This document shows positions 28,480 through 38,508 of a stretch of 64,000 bases of DNA, piece after piece (position 1 is the first letter of the stretch; the number at the start of each line of letters is the position of its first letter). The notes below the pieces were generated by a model. That model worked only from the letters and a program-made list of their open reading frames with translations. It was not told the origin of the DNA and searched no databases. The translations under genes were made by a program, and so were the position numbers. The stretch is from Candidatus Poribacteria bacterium (GTDB lineage Bacteria > Poribacteria > WGA-4E > WGA-3G): the NCBI GenBank assembly GCA_965205015.1, contig OZ242029.1, positions 5,280,001 through 5,344,000 of the forward strand. Reading direction: 5' to 3'.

Positions 28480-29061
28480 TTGCAGGATTTTGACGAAAAA
28501 CACCTTATCACACGCGCACAACACGGCGACACCGATGCTTTTAATCCACTAGTGCGAGAATACCAACCCCGTATCTACACCTATATCGCAAGATACATCA
28601 AAAACCATGACACCACAAAGGACTTATGCCAAGAAACATGGCTGAAGGCGTTTCGCGCTATTAACACCTTCCGCGGCGACTCCGCCTTCTCTTCCTGGAT
28701 CTATCGCATCGCCGAAAACGTCTGTATCGATTTCCTCCGAAAACAGAAAACAACCACCACCATTGATTCCCTCCACGCTATAGACGAACGTCGGCTTCTT
28801 TGTGCACACCCCGATCCGTGCGATTTGCTCCAACAGCAAGAACTCCGGCAATACCTTCATGAGGCAATCGCAACACTCACACCACCCCGCAAACGCGTGT
28901 TTCTCTTATACTACATCGAAGAGCTCTCTATCAAGGCCATCGCTATACGCATCGGACGCAGCGAAGGCACCGTAAAAACACACCTCCGCAACGCACGCCT
29001 ACAACTCCAAGAACATCTCACGCCTTACGTGAAAAATGAAAACATTCCTTGGCTGCAGTGA
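28480..29061 (+). CDS. ECF RNA polymerase sigma factor
   Basis: GDTDAFNPLV, DLCQETWLKAF, FRGDSAFSSWIYRIAEN, SEGTVKTHLRNAR. Confidence 0.92.
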   Translation: MQDFDEKHLITRAQHGDTDAFNPLVREYQPRIYTYIARYIKNHDTTKDLCQETWLKAFRAINTFRGDSAFSSWIYRIAENVCIDFLRKQKTTTTIDSLHAIDERRLLCAHPDPCDLLQQQELRQYLHEAIATLTPPRKRVFLLYYIEELSIKAIAIRIGRSEGTVKTHLRNARLQLQEHLTPYVKNENIPWLQ

Positions 29062-29090
29062 TGTCCTCGGCACTTATTCTATGTTATGTT

Positions 29091-29181
29091 TAGGACTTAC
29101 GCAATTCCCTTGTAGGCGCGGTTTGAAACCGCGCCTACCGCGGAGTAATAGGTGTAATTCCGTGATTTTGCGTAAGTCTTA
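29091..29181. repeat. Palindromic intergenic repeat (TAGGACTTACG ends) enclosing a GTAG REP
   Basis: TAGGACTTACGCAA...TTGCGTAAGTCTTA with internal GTAGGCGCGGTTTGAAACCGCGCCTAC; related ends at about 18768-18809. Confidence 0.6.
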
Positions 29182-29245
29182 ATATTATTGCAGTCGTAAG
29201 CACCAGAACGGACAAACGGAGTAACTGTCGGGATTTCGGATGGTT

Positions 29246-31084
29246 TTATTTTAAAAGACGAAGAGTTTCCTCCACCTTGGTTTTTAGGGCGTTATCGTTT
29301 TCCTGTTTCGCGAGTTTTAAGGCAGTTTGAAGATCTGTTTTTGCTTCCAAAACATTGCCTATCTCAACCTTTGCACGTCCGCGTTTATAGTAAGGCGTGG
29401 CGTAGTTGGGTTTTAGATCGACAACTGTATCATAGTCTTCAATAGCTCCCTTGTTGTTTCCTACATTTGATTTCGCATCCCCTCTGATTTCATAGGCTTC
29501 TGCAAGGTCTGGATCAAGACTAAGTGCTGTATTACAGTCTTCAATGGCGCCTTGAGCATCGTTTATATCTAACTTCGCGAAGGCTCGCTTACTATAGACG
29601 TAGGCCGTGAAAGGAACATTCTTTGAATTAAGATGGATTGCTTCATCATAATCTTTGATGGCATCTATAACATCACTTAAATTAGACTTTGCAAGTCCCC
29701 GATTGAGATAGGCAATGGCAAGAATAGTCTGGTTTGGTTTTAGGCGGATAGCTTCATTGTAATCTTCAATGGCACTTTTAATGCTCCCTAAGTTGGACTT
29801 TGCAAGTCCCCGATTGAGATAGGCAGTGGCAAGAATAGTCTGGTTTGGTTTTAGATGGATGGTTTCACTATAATCTTTGATGGCACCTTTACGATCACCT
29901 AAAGCCAACTTTACATCCGCTCTTTTGAAATATATAATGGCAAGAATAGTCTGGTTTGGTTTTAGACGGATGGCTTCATCATAGTCTGCAATCGCCGTTC
30001 CATAGTTTGCTATATCCAACCTTGCATTCCCGCGGTTAAAGTAGGCTTCAACATTTTCCGCGTCAAGATTAATGGATATATTATAGTCTGTGATGGCACC
30101 TTTATAATCGCCTAATTTCTTTTTTGTGGCACCTCGATTGAGATAGACAGCTGCATAGTCTAATCCTGAGCGAATGGCAGTATCATAGTCTGCAACCGCC
30201 CCTTTATAGTTGCCTAAATTATGCTTCGCAATTGCCCTATCAGCATAGATGTCTACAAAGTCTGGGCTTAAGTGAATGGCTTTATTATATGCTTCAATTG
30301 CTCCCTCAAAATCCTTCATTTTTTTCTTAGTATCGCCTTGATTGGCATAGGCATAGGCACGTATTGGCAGTTCCTCTTTCCATTTTTCGAGAGGTTTCTC
30401 TTGGGTAGGTAGGTCATTAAGCAGGGACCGGATATGGTTTGATGGAATAGCGTACCCTGTACGATTTGTACGGTGACCTTGTGTGGAAATACCTACTATT
30501 TCTCCCTTATCGTTCAGAATAGGCCCGCCACTATACCCCGGACTAAGGGAAATTTTCAAGCGGAAAAAATTAGGAGTGATTCGATTTACCCTGCCTGTTG
30601 AGGTTATCCCTTGTGAGTTCCTAGCGTTACCGATAGCGATAACCACATCGCCAAGTTCTACTGCGCTACTATCCCCAAGTGGGAGGACTCGTCCTCCTTT
30701 ACCTGCAACCTTTAAAACAACTATATCGCGCTTTGGATTGCTTGCCATAACTCCTTTGATAGTATATTGCGTCGGTTGATTAACCAAGTTTGCGGTCCAA
30801 CTGTAAGACTTTCCATAAATGCCAGCGATACCATGGATGCTAGTTACCATCAAATCATGCCTGATAAGAAACCCACTACCGTGGGTACTCGTACCGTCGG
30901 CCCCGTGACGAGTCAACCGAATCGTGGAGGTTTTTCCGATTTGAGCAGCTTGCTGCTCAAGATTTGCGTGTATGGTTGGTTTTGGAATTTGTTCGGTTTC
31001 CTGCTTGGTACTCAAAGCACAGCAAAGAAAAAAGCAAAGTGAAAGGCATTTCACCAATATCGATCCTTTTTTCGCAAATTGCAT
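29246..31084 (-). CDS. Trypsin-like serine protease with C-terminal TPR repeats
   Basis: GSGF, TSIH (His), RDIVVL (Asp), GYSGGP (Ser); about 10 TPR units AI.DY..AI.L.P. Confidence 0.88.
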   Translation of the reverse strand: MQFAKKGSILVKCLSLCFFLCCALSTKQETEQIPKPTIHANLEQQAAQIGKTSTIRLTRHGADGTSTHGSGFLIRHDLMVTSIHGIAGIYGKSYSWTANLVNQPTQYTIKGVMASNPKRDIVVLKVAGKGGRVLPLGDSSAVELGDVVIAIGNARNSQGITSTGRVNRITPNFFRLKISLSPGYSGGPILNDKGEIVGISTQGHRTNRTGYAIPSNHIRSLLNDLPTQEKPLEKWKEELPIRAYAYANQGDTKKKMKDFEGAIEAYNKAIHLSPDFVDIYADRAIAKHNLGNYKGAVADYDTAIRSGLDYAAVYLNRGATKKKLGDYKGAITDYNISINLDAENVEAYFNRGNARLDIANYGTAIADYDEAIRLKPNQTILAIIYFKRADVKLALGDRKGAIKDYSETIHLKPNQTILATAYLNRGLAKSNLGSIKSAIEDYNEAIRLKPNQTILAIAYLNRGLAKSNLSDVIDAIKDYDEAIHLNSKNVPFTAYVYSKRAFAKLDINDAQGAIEDCNTALSLDPDLAEAYEIRGDAKSNVGNNKGAIEDYDTVVDLKPNYATPYYKRGRAKVEIGNVLEAKTDLQTALKLAKQENDNALKTKVEETLRLLK

Positions 31085-31725
31085 CTAAATCTCTCCTTTC
31101 AGTGTGAGCTCAAATAGTGAATTGGTTCCTCTTTGCCAATACTTTCGCGAAAAAATAGTTGAATAAATAGGACAAGTATCTTAAAGTTATGGATGGGGAA
31201 AAACTATAACTTTGAAAGGAGACTTGCCCATATCGGAGATTCTAACACTTTTTGATGATATTTTTCTTCCATAAATCGCTGAACACTTGGCAACGATTGG
31301 GGCAGTCCATTAACTACCTTTTCAAAACGATACTTCATAATTTGACGAAAGTATTGTTTTGTAAAGAGCGTGGAATTTCGTAAAAAGGTTCAGAAAAAAC
31401 GCTGGGATTTTTACTCGGAATAGGCGGCATTTTCTGTGTTTTTCAGACTCATCTGTATGTTTTCCTCTGCTGGCGGTTAAGTGTTTTCAGTTTTTTCTTT
31501 TTTAATTTGCGCCCCTGATATTCCGCATACACCTGTCGAGCAGGCTTCCGGGGTGGTAACTTGGATATCGTATCAACTAAGATCAATATTTCTACAGCCA
31601 AGACAGTCCTTAAAGGAAAACAGACCAGTGATTGACAAGTCTGTAAATCTTATAAGTGCATAAGCCTGCACCAAACCCTATAATCCGCAGAGGCTAAATC
31701 TTATTCTTCATAAGATACCATGAAA

Positions 31726-32251
31726 TTACTGAATCTTAAAACGGTTCCAAATTTGTGTTAATTCCTCTGGGAGCTCACCACGCTTCATTCTAATTTGGAA
31801 GTGCACACTTGCGAGATACGATCGCCCTTCCCGCTTGTCAACACCCGCGATGGGTTTCGCTACGATTTGCATATCTTCTGAGAGCTCTAATGTAAAATTC
31901 AACGCGACGAAGTCGGGCAGCCATGCCGTTAAAATCTGGCGAACCTTTTGTGCAATAGGAGATATCTCAGATTGTAAGTCAGTATCTCCATTGAGGACGA
32001 ACCGGAGTGCTGCAATCGTCCATCCTGTAGTGCGTGAGCGGTTTCGGCTTGTAGCGTTGCCCAAAATCGCCCTTCGTGCTGTCTTTTGCTGCATCGTAGG
32101 TTATCAATCCGGTTTTGATTTGTTTGAGCAACCCAACGATTTTTGGGGCCATGTTTGCTTTTTTTATGCGGTCTATTACAAATTCAAGATGTTCGTCCCT
32201 AACATCGAATTCAAGGTATTGGAAGGTGGAACATACTTTCTGCCTTTCCAC
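31726..32251 (-). pseudogene. Probable frameshifted hypothetical gene
   Basis: Two overlapping ORFs (31979-32251, 31726-32094), each protein-like over only part of its length; no recognised motif. Confidence 0.35.
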
Positions 32252-32367
32252 TTTTCTTCTGATTCGATCTTTTTTACATGTTCAAAAAAGGCGTGCACGT
32301 CTTTGAATTGGGAACTATACTCTTCCTTGATATGATAGCATTCTTTGAGAATAGGATCGGGTTTCAT
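32176..32367 (-). CDS. Small hypothetical protein (antitoxin-like)
   Basis: MKPDPILKECYHIKEEYS; GAGG RBS; pattern resembles DPI.EE.R.I.EE small proteins. Confidence 0.45.
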   Translation of the reverse strand: MKPDPILKECYHIKEEYSSQFKDVHAFFEHVKKIESEEKWKGRKYVPPSNTLNSMLGTNILNL

Positions 32368-32553
32368 AAATTTACCTCAGTAAGTTCCGCGTGCATGTTC
32401 ATACCAAAGCTGCTGAGTTAATCGCTGACGAGTGGCTGTTGTAGCATCTCGCTTGAGGCGCACGGCTAAATAGCTAATAACTTAGGTATATTAGTCTTGG
32501 ATTGAGAGGGAGGGTAGGGCGAGGCATGCCACCGCGCCCTACAGAATTACAAA

Positions 32554-33483
32554 TTAAGCGTGTCGAGGTCCCATCGCAAGGGTAGGATCGTCACCAAGAT
32601 TTTCGAGGAGCCATCCACGGAGCGGCACATCGTCTTCGGAAGGGACGTAGCGCCCGTTATTTCGGGTAGCGGCACCGAGCAGTTGTCGTCGGATTGGATC
32701 GCACTTTTCATAGAGAGGTTCGACCGTCATTTCATCTTTGGGACGGATCCAACGGTAGCCGTAGCCGTAGAAGAGTGCCTTCCGGGTCATTTGCGAGTTG
32801 TTTGGACTCCGCGAGTGCCAGAGCCGTCTATCGAACAGAACGGCGGTTCCGGGTTCCACGCAGACCGGCATTGCATCGTCAGGCACATCGTCTGCCGTGG
32901 CTTCGCGCGGGTCGCGACTGATCTCGGACATTGGAACATCCATATCCGACTTCAGATGGCTGCCCGGACGGATATAGAAGTTGCCGCGTCCCGGTTCAGA
33001 GACATCTGTGAGGAAATATGCCACTTTCAGGGACAAACGCGGTCGTGGCTCGGTTTCCAGTTCGATGTTAACGCGTCCACTGTCTTGGTGCCATTCCAGC
33101 CATCCTTCCCCCGCTTCTGCATCCGGTGCGGCTGGCGGTTTAACGTGCATGTGGGCATGGTATAGATAGATATTCCATCCCAAAATTCCCCAGACTTTCG
33201 GTAACGTCGTGGGCAGATCAACGAGGTTCAGGAGCGCGTCGTCGGCCCCTAAAAAATCCGACCACCCCCAGTGTGAGTCGGGTTTTGCTCTACCCGAAGC
33301 GAGTGCTTTGTTGTGCAACGTGTCCACGGCGTGGACGAGGTGTTCCCGCATTTCAGGAGAGAGTGCGTTTGGCACGTATAGATAACCATTCTTTTCGAAG
33401 TGGGTGCGCTCCTCTTCTGTAATGAGGTGCGGCAGATACTTCTCAGGCGAAGCTTGCATGCCCATCTTAAGAATTTCTTTCAT
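32554..33483 (-). CDS. Phytanoyl-CoA dioxygenase (PhyH)/ectoine hydroxylase-like protein
   Basis: FEKNGYL, WHQD, LKVAYFLTDV, PGSH, FDRRLWH. Confidence 0.88.
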   Translation of the reverse strand: MKEILKMGMQASPEKYLPHLITEEERTHFEKNGYLYVPNALSPEMREHLVHAVDTLHNKALASGRAKPDSHWGWSDFLGADDALLNLVDLPTTLPKVWGILGWNIYLYHAHMHVKPPAAPDAEAGEGWLEWHQDSGRVNIELETEPRPRLSLKVAYFLTDVSEPGRGNFYIRPGSHLKSDMDVPMSEISRDPREATADDVPDDAMPVCVEPGTAVLFDRRLWHSRSPNNSQMTRKALFYGYGYRWIRPKDEMTVEPLYEKCDPIRRQLLGAATRNNGRYVPSEDDVPLRGWLLENLGDDPTLAMGPRHA

Positions 33484-33553
33484 GGTAAATTCTCCTTGGC
33501 TGCGCCGTTACATTTCTAACGAATTGGGCGCGACTCTGCAAACATGGGAGCGA

Positions 33554-34417
33554 TTACCGAACAAACTCCGCGAGGAATTCGCGTGAGCGGCGCAGACCGT
33601 CCGATTCTGCTTCCCACGTTCGCCAATACCGGTAATCTTCAAGTTCTACGCTGACAATGCCATCAAAACCCTCGTCTTCCAAGCGTTGAACCACTCTCAG
33701 CCAATCCACTATCCCATCGCCAGGGATGGTATACCGCCACCAATCTTCACCGAAACCTTTTGCAGATTGAAGGCTCGGTCCCAAATTGCCGTGTAGGTAG
33801 AGTGCCTCTTCGTCGAAGGCAGTGTCCTTCCCGTGGACGTGTTTGACGTAGGGTGCGAATTCGTTCAGTGCCCGTAGATAGTCGATACCGATTCTGACGA
33901 GGTGTGATGGATCGTAGTTGAGGCCTAATCCCGGGGAATCACATTCCGCGAACATCGCACGCCACATCTCCGGTGTGCAACCGAGAGCAGGATAGGCGGG
34001 ACCCGAACCGGGCCATCCCTCTACCGCGATGGTTACCCCTTTAGCGGCGGCGAATTCGGCGATAGGGGGGATAGTTCGTTTCCAAATCTCAAAGTTTTCT
34101 GCTCTGCCGAGACTGGCATCTTCTGGCACAAAGACGCAGAACATGATGTGAACGTCGTTGTCAGCCGCGGCTTCAATGGCAGCTTTTGCTGCCGAAGCAC
34201 CGGCTCTCTGTTTAGATTTTTTCGTGCTAAGTAGGTCGCTGACACCGGGGAGATCCGCGCTTCCGATCACAAGGCCGGCATCTCTCGCCGTTTGGACAAT
34301 TTCAGGGGTCGTTTCTCCAATGTCAACGGCTTCAAACCCGTTATCCGCACACCAGTTACAAAAATCTGCGAAGGGCAGTTGGCGTGCGGTCCCGGGAATT
34401 CGTAATCCTATCTTCAT
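33554..34417 (-). CDS. Sugar phosphate isomerase/epimerase (AP endonuclease 2 TIM barrel)
   Basis: GLNYDPSHL, HVHGKD, PGDGIVDW, SVELED. Confidence 0.88.
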   Translation of the reverse strand: MKIGLRIPGTARQLPFADFCNWCADNGFEAVDIGETTPEIVQTARDAGLVIGSADLPGVSDLLSTKKSKQRAGASAAKAAIEAAADNDVHIMFCVFVPEDASLGRAENFEIWKRTIPPIAEFAAAKGVTIAVEGWPGSGPAYPALGCTPEMWRAMFAECDSPGLGLNYDPSHLVRIGIDYLRALNEFAPYVKHVHGKDTAFDEEALYLHGNLGPSLQSAKGFGEDWWRYTIPGDGIVDWLRVVQRLEDEGFDGIVSVELEDYRYWRTWEAESDGLRRSREFLAEFVR

Positions 34418-34501
34418 AAACTCTCCTGGAATATATTATGCGTAGCATAGACTGTTAGTCTGTGCGTTCGTCCACAATCCCACGCCTGCAACAAGGTAAA
34501 A

Positions 34502-35725
34502 TTAAAAGCCCATGAGGCCACAACATCGGCGGCAAACGGGCATGGGACCATCATTACTCACGGACTTCCGGAATTTCATCGCCTTCTGGTTGTTCCACAT
34601 ATCGACAACCTTGTCCGTCTTGATATTACCGATAATGTAGTCGTGGTAATCGCGGCAGAGACTGACATCACCGTTGCTATCGATCTCCATCGTCATGTAG
34701 ATGCTGATACACTGGTTGTACCCGAAGGTTTGGTTGTGATCGGTGTAATAGCGTTGGATTTCACCGCGTGTGTTGAGCCTCGGCATCATAATAGGGGGAC
34801 AACGTTTCTGTTCGTCGGAGATACTTTCCATCTCTTCAAAGCGATCCAAGATGGCACCGTGATCGAAGTCTTTCCACGTGCCTATCCAGCCGTAGTGCGT
34901 TTGCGGTTTGAACCCGAAGCGTTTCTCGAAATCTTCTGTGTGTTCCTGCGCCGATTGAGAATCAATCCACCACGTCAGATAGAAGATTTGCGCGTCTGCG
35001 TATTGACTCGTGAATTTATAGAGGTCTACGACAACGTCGATGTTATACATCGTGACGCAGCTGAGGGGAATAATATAAGGAAACTTTATGTTCCGTTTCT
35101 CTTTTGCTTCACTCAGCGTTTCTAATGCAGCCTTGACATCTGTAAAGTTGTCGTAGTTTGGCGTTAGCCCTGGACGTTGTGTATTGTGAATTTCCTCATT
35201 CGGTCCATCAACACTCAAATAAACAATTTTACAGGTTTCCAGAATATCGTCGGCGCGCCTCGCAACGTTGGTCGCGTTACTGACGAGGGATATCGGCATG
35301 CCTCGTTCTTTGATGTAGTGCATCAATTCGATGATGCCCGGATAAAGCATCGGTTCACCGCCCCAGATGTACCACACTGGGGACCAGCCTGCATCCACAA
35401 TCTGATCCACAAGGTTTTTATACACTTCAACCGGAACCTCGCGCTGCTTCAGCTCTTTCATGGACTTCCCGAGCAGGTATCCGTTATCCCCCCATTGTCC
35501 ACAGGAATGGCACCGGAGGTTGCACATATCGGTAATACGGAGACTCACCAGTTGGATCGCGTCGCCTCTACCGTGTTTGGCACCGAGTGGGTGTCGCCAG
35601 TTAAAACTTTCCTTGGCGAGTTGATAGCGAACGAACTTGCTGGAAGTATCCCAATCTTCCGACATAGCACTGGCGAGTTCATTGACAAAAAATCGTGGTG
35701 AGATTCGACTACGTAGTGCCATCAA
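34502..35725 (-). CDS. Radical SAM protein with SPASM/twitch domain
   Basis: CNLRCHSC (CxxxCxxC), WGGEP, C...GDVSLC...GNI, CRRCC. Confidence 0.9.
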   Translation of the reverse strand: MMALRSRISPRFFVNELASAMSEDWDTSSKFVRYQLAKESFNWRHPLGAKHGRGDAIQLVSLRITDMCNLRCHSCGQWGDNGYLLGKSMKELKQREVPVEVYKNLVDQIVDAGWSPVWYIWGGEPMLYPGIIELMHYIKERGMPISLVSNATNVARRADDILETCKIVYLSVDGPNEEIHNTQRPGLTPNYDNFTDVKAALETLSEAKEKRNIKFPYIIPLSCVTMYNIDVVVDLYKFTSQYADAQIFYLTWWIDSQSAQEHTEDFEKRFGFKPQTHYGWIGTWKDFDHGAILDRFEEMESISDEQKRCPPIMMPRLNTRGEIQRYYTDHNQTFGYNQCISIYMTMEIDSNGDVSLCRDYHDYIIGNIKTDKVVDMWNNQKAMKFRKSVSNDGPMPVCRRCCGLMGF

Positions 35726-35756
35726 TGCTCCTTTATGCGTTATGAGTTATCAGTAT

Positions 35757-36173
35757 TTACGATTCGTCTTCTGGTTTTACGAGTCTAAGTGCCGCGGAAT
35801 TCATACAGTAACGCTTCCCCGTTGGCGACGGTCCATCGTTAAAAACGTGTCCGAGGTGTGCGTCACACCGGCTACAGACGACTTCGGTACGCGGCATGAA
35901 AAAGATACTAAAATCCGATTTCGTCTCAATGGATTCTGGGGAGACAGCATCCCAAAAACTGGGCCATCCTGTTCCCGAATCATACTTGGTTTCGGAACTA
36001 AAGAGCGGACTTCCACAGCAAATACAGTGATAGGTGCCTTTCTCTTTGCAATCGTGGTATTGCCCTGTAAAGGCGCGTTCGGTCCCTTTCTTCCGGGTGA
36101 CCTTAAATTCTTCCGGGGAGAGTTGTGCTTGCCATTCCTTTTCCGATTTTATAACTTTTTCGGTGTCTGCCAT
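35757..36173 (-). CDS. msrB: Peptide-methionine (R)-S-oxide reductase MsrB
   Basis: [42 protein letters not shown]. Confidence 0.96.
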   Translation of the reverse strand: MADTEKVIKSEKEWQAQLSPEEFKVTRKKGTERAFTGQYHDCKEKGTYHCICCGSPLFSSETKYDSGTGWPSFWDAVSPESIETKSDFSIFFMPRTEVVCSRCDAHLGHVFNDGPSPTGKRYCMNSAALRLVKPEDES

Positions 36174-36364
36174 TTTTATTCCCCTCATGACCGTAGTGGG
36201 TTTCTTGTATGAATACTGTATCATATCATAAAAAAAAAAGCAAACGCGTTTTAAAGTGGCGGGTGTGTAAATATTTCGTTGACGGTCACGATTCGGAGAG
36301 TGCTTTTACCGTGTGTTTCTTGTAGGAGGGAACTCTGATTCCCAACTCTTGAACTCATTTGATA

Positions 36365-37222
36365 CTATTTTCTTATCAGCATCTTCCGTGTAACCGTGAA
36401 TTCGCCTGCGGACAATGTATAGAAATAGAGGCCACTCGCCACAGGTTCACCGAAGGTATTCCTGCCATCCCAATACACCGCACGAGATTTACTTTGATAT
36501 ACGCCCGCGGGTCGTTGTCCTATATTTAAACTGCGGACCAGCGTCCCATCTACATACCTATGGCGCACACCAAGGGCGAGGTGAATGCCATCTGGACTCC
36601 ACGCCACCGCAGTGGGCCCCAAAGACTGCTCATCCCCCAATGCTAACGAGTCGTATTGTGGAGTGCCCACCAGTTCCGGGTACTCGTGCGGATAGAGCAA
36701 CTCATCCCCTCTCCTGGCTCTCCCCAGTCCTCCGCGCCATATACATAGGTAACTCCCAGCACTCGCAAGGAGATACCCCAATGACTCGTAGGCGAGATCA
36801 GAGGGATTCCCTGGATAACCGTGATCGGCGGTTCTGATATCCCCCAACCAAACGCCATCGTCCGAACGGCGAATGCTAATTCCGTGAGGGCTCCATGGAT
36901 CCTCCCATAGTCCCGCATTATGGGCAAAGGTAGAAGGATCGGACGCGGGAATAGCAATGGCGTGGATGGGAAAGCCGAGATTCTCTTCCCAGAGTAAATC
37001 CCTGTGAACCGACCTAATGGCGCTCACACGAAGCATGCCATCATAACCGCCACTGATGAGCCTCGCGTGATCTATAAACGCCATTGAAACAACCCCATCC
37101 GTATGTGCCTCAAACACGGGAAAGGCTTCGTGGATAATGGTAGTCTCTGAGTAGACTTGGATAGGTGTTGTCAACAACACGCATAAGAGGAGTGCTGATG
37201 TAGAAAAAACATGTTTGTTCAT
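36365..37222 (-). CDS. Secreted WD40-repeat protein fused to partial FlgD-Ig/T9SS-like C-terminal domain (probably internally deleted)
   Basis: Signal peptide; AHTDGVVSMAF...ISGGYDG; AVAWSPDG; YWDGRN..GEPVASGLYFYTL..TRKMLIRK. Confidence 0.65.
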   Translation of the reverse strand: MNKHVFSTSALLLCVLLTTPIQVYSETTIIHEAFPVFEAHTDGVVSMAFIDHARLISGGYDGMLRVSAIRSVHRDLLWEENLGFPIHAIAIPASDPSTFAHNAGLWEDPWSPHGISIRRSDDGVWLGDIRTADHGYPGNPSDLAYESLGYLLASAGSYLCIWRGGLGRARRGDELLYPHEYPELVGTPQYDSLALGDEQSLGPTAVAWSPDGIHLALGVRHRYVDGTLVRSLNIGQRPAGVYQSKSRAVYWDGRNTFGEPVASGLYFYTLSAGEFTVTRKMLIRK

Positions 37223-37259
37223 AAGGAAACTTCCACTTCTGAATCGCTGGAAAACCAGA

Positions 37260-38477
37260 CTAAAAATTCCGTTTTGGTTTTACAGTCCCTAAAACCCGAC
37301 ATTTCGTCGCCGACAAAATTTCATATCGTACCCCGCCCCACGTAATTTTGCGTTGGAATACCGCATACAGGGCGTTGATACCGCCGAGAAATAGTGAAAC
37401 TGAAGCGACATAAGAGGTTACGCCGATTGTCTCCCGCATTTTTGGCATTTCGCGGAGCCATTGTGGCAAGTTTCTGGCGTAGATCCTATACCCAAATGCT
37501 TCCAGAAACGGGATAAAAATAATCGGTAGTACCCCTTCACGATAGAATAGGAATGGAATCACTCCAAATACACAAAGACCTTTCGGTAGAAGCACAATGA
37601 GACTCGCGAGCCACTGCTTCCAAAGTCCCATGTGCAGTGTCATAATCAGCTGTCGATTCGTAAATTCGACGATCTGGTGCCATGTGCGGTTGGACGTGCG
37701 CGTGACGGCTACGCAATCTGGGACGAAGTGGACCTTGTGTTTAACATCTTTCATTGCCAAGGTCGTATTATGATCTTCGATAGTTGCCTCTTCCCAACGT
37801 TGAAGGATACGTGCCTTCTCGAGCATCTCACGTCGGAAGGCATTAGAACCGCCCCATACCATTGACAGCGGATGATCGCCTTGGAAACTCATCTGGAAGT
37901 TTACCCAAATGGCTTCCACAAGAGATGGGAGATTCCATGTTTGTGGGAAATAGAACCGTCCGCCCACGGTTGTCCCTATGTCTGGTTCTTGGAGTGGATT
38001 TACAAGCAGGGTTAACCAATCCTCTCGGATATCAACATCGGCATCTACAAACGCAATAACTTCGATATCGTCTGGGAGTTTTTCTATGGCTGTCATGAGG
38101 TTCTGCACCTTTTGTGAGCGGGGCAGGTTGTTTTCAACGATATTCGGTGCTAATAAGACGTGCGAATGCGGATGCGCGTCAGCAATTTCGCACAGATGGG
38201 GGTAGGAGACATCGTGTCCTACGTCCGCTTTCTGATGTGTGACGAAGAAGACTTCATACTCACCCGCATAAGTTTGATGCAAGAGTCCTTTGGCGTGTGC
38301 TGCTGTGTCGGCATCCCATCCATAGTGCGGTGCGATGATTGCCACCTTTGGGGTATAGGTCGGTCGATCTGCCTTACGTTCACGGCGAGCGTACCGAAAG
38401 GACCGGCTAATAATCAGCAGTTCGATGATAACAAAAAAGTAGGCGGTTACGATAATATACGTCTGCATAGCGTTCAA
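37260..38477 (-). CDS. Glycosyltransferase family 2 (ceramide glucosyltransferase-like)
   Basis: N-terminal TM, QKVQNL, FVDADV (DxD), WGGS, IEDH, C-terminal TMs, ITWGG. Confidence 0.82.
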   Translation of the reverse strand: MNAMQTYIIVTAYFFVIIELLIISRSFRYARRERKADRPTYTPKVAIIAPHYGWDADTAAHAKGLLHQTYAGEYEVFFVTHQKADVGHDVSYPHLCEIADAHPHSHVLLAPNIVENNLPRSQKVQNLMTAIEKLPDDIEVIAFVDADVDIREDWLTLLVNPLQEPDIGTTVGGRFYFPQTWNLPSLVEAIWVNFQMSFQGDHPLSMVWGGSNAFRREMLEKARILQRWEEATIEDHNTTLAMKDVKHKVHFVPDCVAVTRTSNRTWHQIVEFTNRQLIMTLHMGLWKQWLASLIVLLPKGLCVFGVIPFLFYREGVLPIIFIPFLEAFGYRIYARNLPQWLREMPKMRETIGVTSYVASVSLFLGGINALYAVFQRKITWGGVRYEILSATKCRVLGTVKPKRNF

Positions 38478-38508
38478 TTTGTAGGGGCAGCCCTTGTGGC
38501 TGCCCTGC

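Noticed and set aside
36230-36239. A10 tract in the putative msrB promoter spacer as a phase-variation switch
   Set aside because: A single homopolymer with no evidence of length variation from one sequence.
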